Assembly (NCBI GenBank): GCA_963813025.1
Contig: CAWEXO010000004.1
Coordinates: 96,001-160,000 of the forward strand
Length of the DNA stretch: 64,000 nucleotides
Reading direction: 5' to 3'
From: an uncultured Verrucomicrobiae bacterium
GTDB taxonomy: Bacteria > Verrucomicrobiota > Verrucomicrobiia > Chthoniobacterales > JAFAMB01
The notes under the pieces were generated by a model. That model had not been told where the DNA came from. It saw nothing but the letters and a program-made list of their open reading frames with translations, and searched no databases. Below are positions 63,440 through 64,000 of the stretch, one piece after another (position 1 is the first letter of the stretch; every line of letters starts with the position of its first letter). Made by a program: the position numbers and the translations under genes.

Positions 63440-64000
63440 CTGCGGGTCATAAGCGACTTGTTCTCGTCGTCTTCGAGAATCGATCTGGTGTTTTGGATAG
63501 CGTCCCATTTTTCACCATAGATAACAGCAAAATTGTCAGGCGCATCGACCAGCTCTATCCGATACGACACGCTAAGCGCCTCGCCCGCCTTGGCCGGCCA
63601 GAATGCGCCCCATGCCTTGCGTTCCTTGACGTAAAGCGCGTTACAACTATCGCGCTCGACGAAGGGTAGGCGGCCGAGACGGTCATCGCCGACTCAACCG
63701 TCGCGCCCGGCGCAATACCAAGGCTGCCGACATCCGTTGCCTGAAGGAAGGCTACCTTGCCGAGCTGCCTGTCAGGTGCCTCGTCGAAGGACGGCCGGTC
63801 CACACGCGAGATCGCGATTCCCGCTGCTTGCGCATCGCTGTAGGCGAGCAGGGTAAGGGCGTTCAGCCGATCATCCAGGAAGCTGAGGCGGGCGGCTTTC
63901 CAGGTAATCTTCGACGCCGTCCCGATGAGATCGTTGAGGTCGTAGAGCGCCGACGGTGCGAAATAGTGCAGATCTTCGTAGCGCGAGCGGCAAAGGCCAG
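63440..64000 (-). CDS. Hypothetical protein, partial and frameshifted
   Basis: Open frame SRYEDLHYFAPSALYDLND...DRPSFDEAPD entering from the window end. Confidence 0.35.

Overview
Bacterial chromosome segment, most likely Verrucomicrobiota: it encodes the PVC-type small basic protein at 6216-6371. Many single-base frameshifts fall in essential genes (secA, pyrE, lpxD), so the sequence looks like an error-prone long-read consensus. 1-26 kb is core genome: membrane glycosyltransferases, Fe-S helpers, rluB, miaA, an RRM protein, secA, pyrE, ridA, lpxD, tmk-holB-sixA-pgl-clpS, speA, PBP1A and trmD. 26007-46941 is a ~21 kb element integrated at tRNA-Pro(TGG) with 45-bp att repeats. It carries an integrase, xis, a primase/helicase, a secreted beta-helix protein, a GIY-YIG/NUMOD3 nuclease gene with a frame-preserving internal 180-bp inversion, a tape-measure-like gene split by IS630, two IS256 copies and an AbiE TA pair. 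I see no capsid, portal or terminase gene, so it looks like a phage satellite with its own tape measure. 47-55 kb is a sorbitol/mannitol ABC-dehydrogenase cluster followed by tRNA-Pro(GGG). 57-64 kb holds decayed islands stacked at tRNA-Glu(CTC) att scars: TA pairs, a MobF relaxase remnant and a phased 10-bp repeat array. All product calls come from motif recognition by eye, with no database searches.
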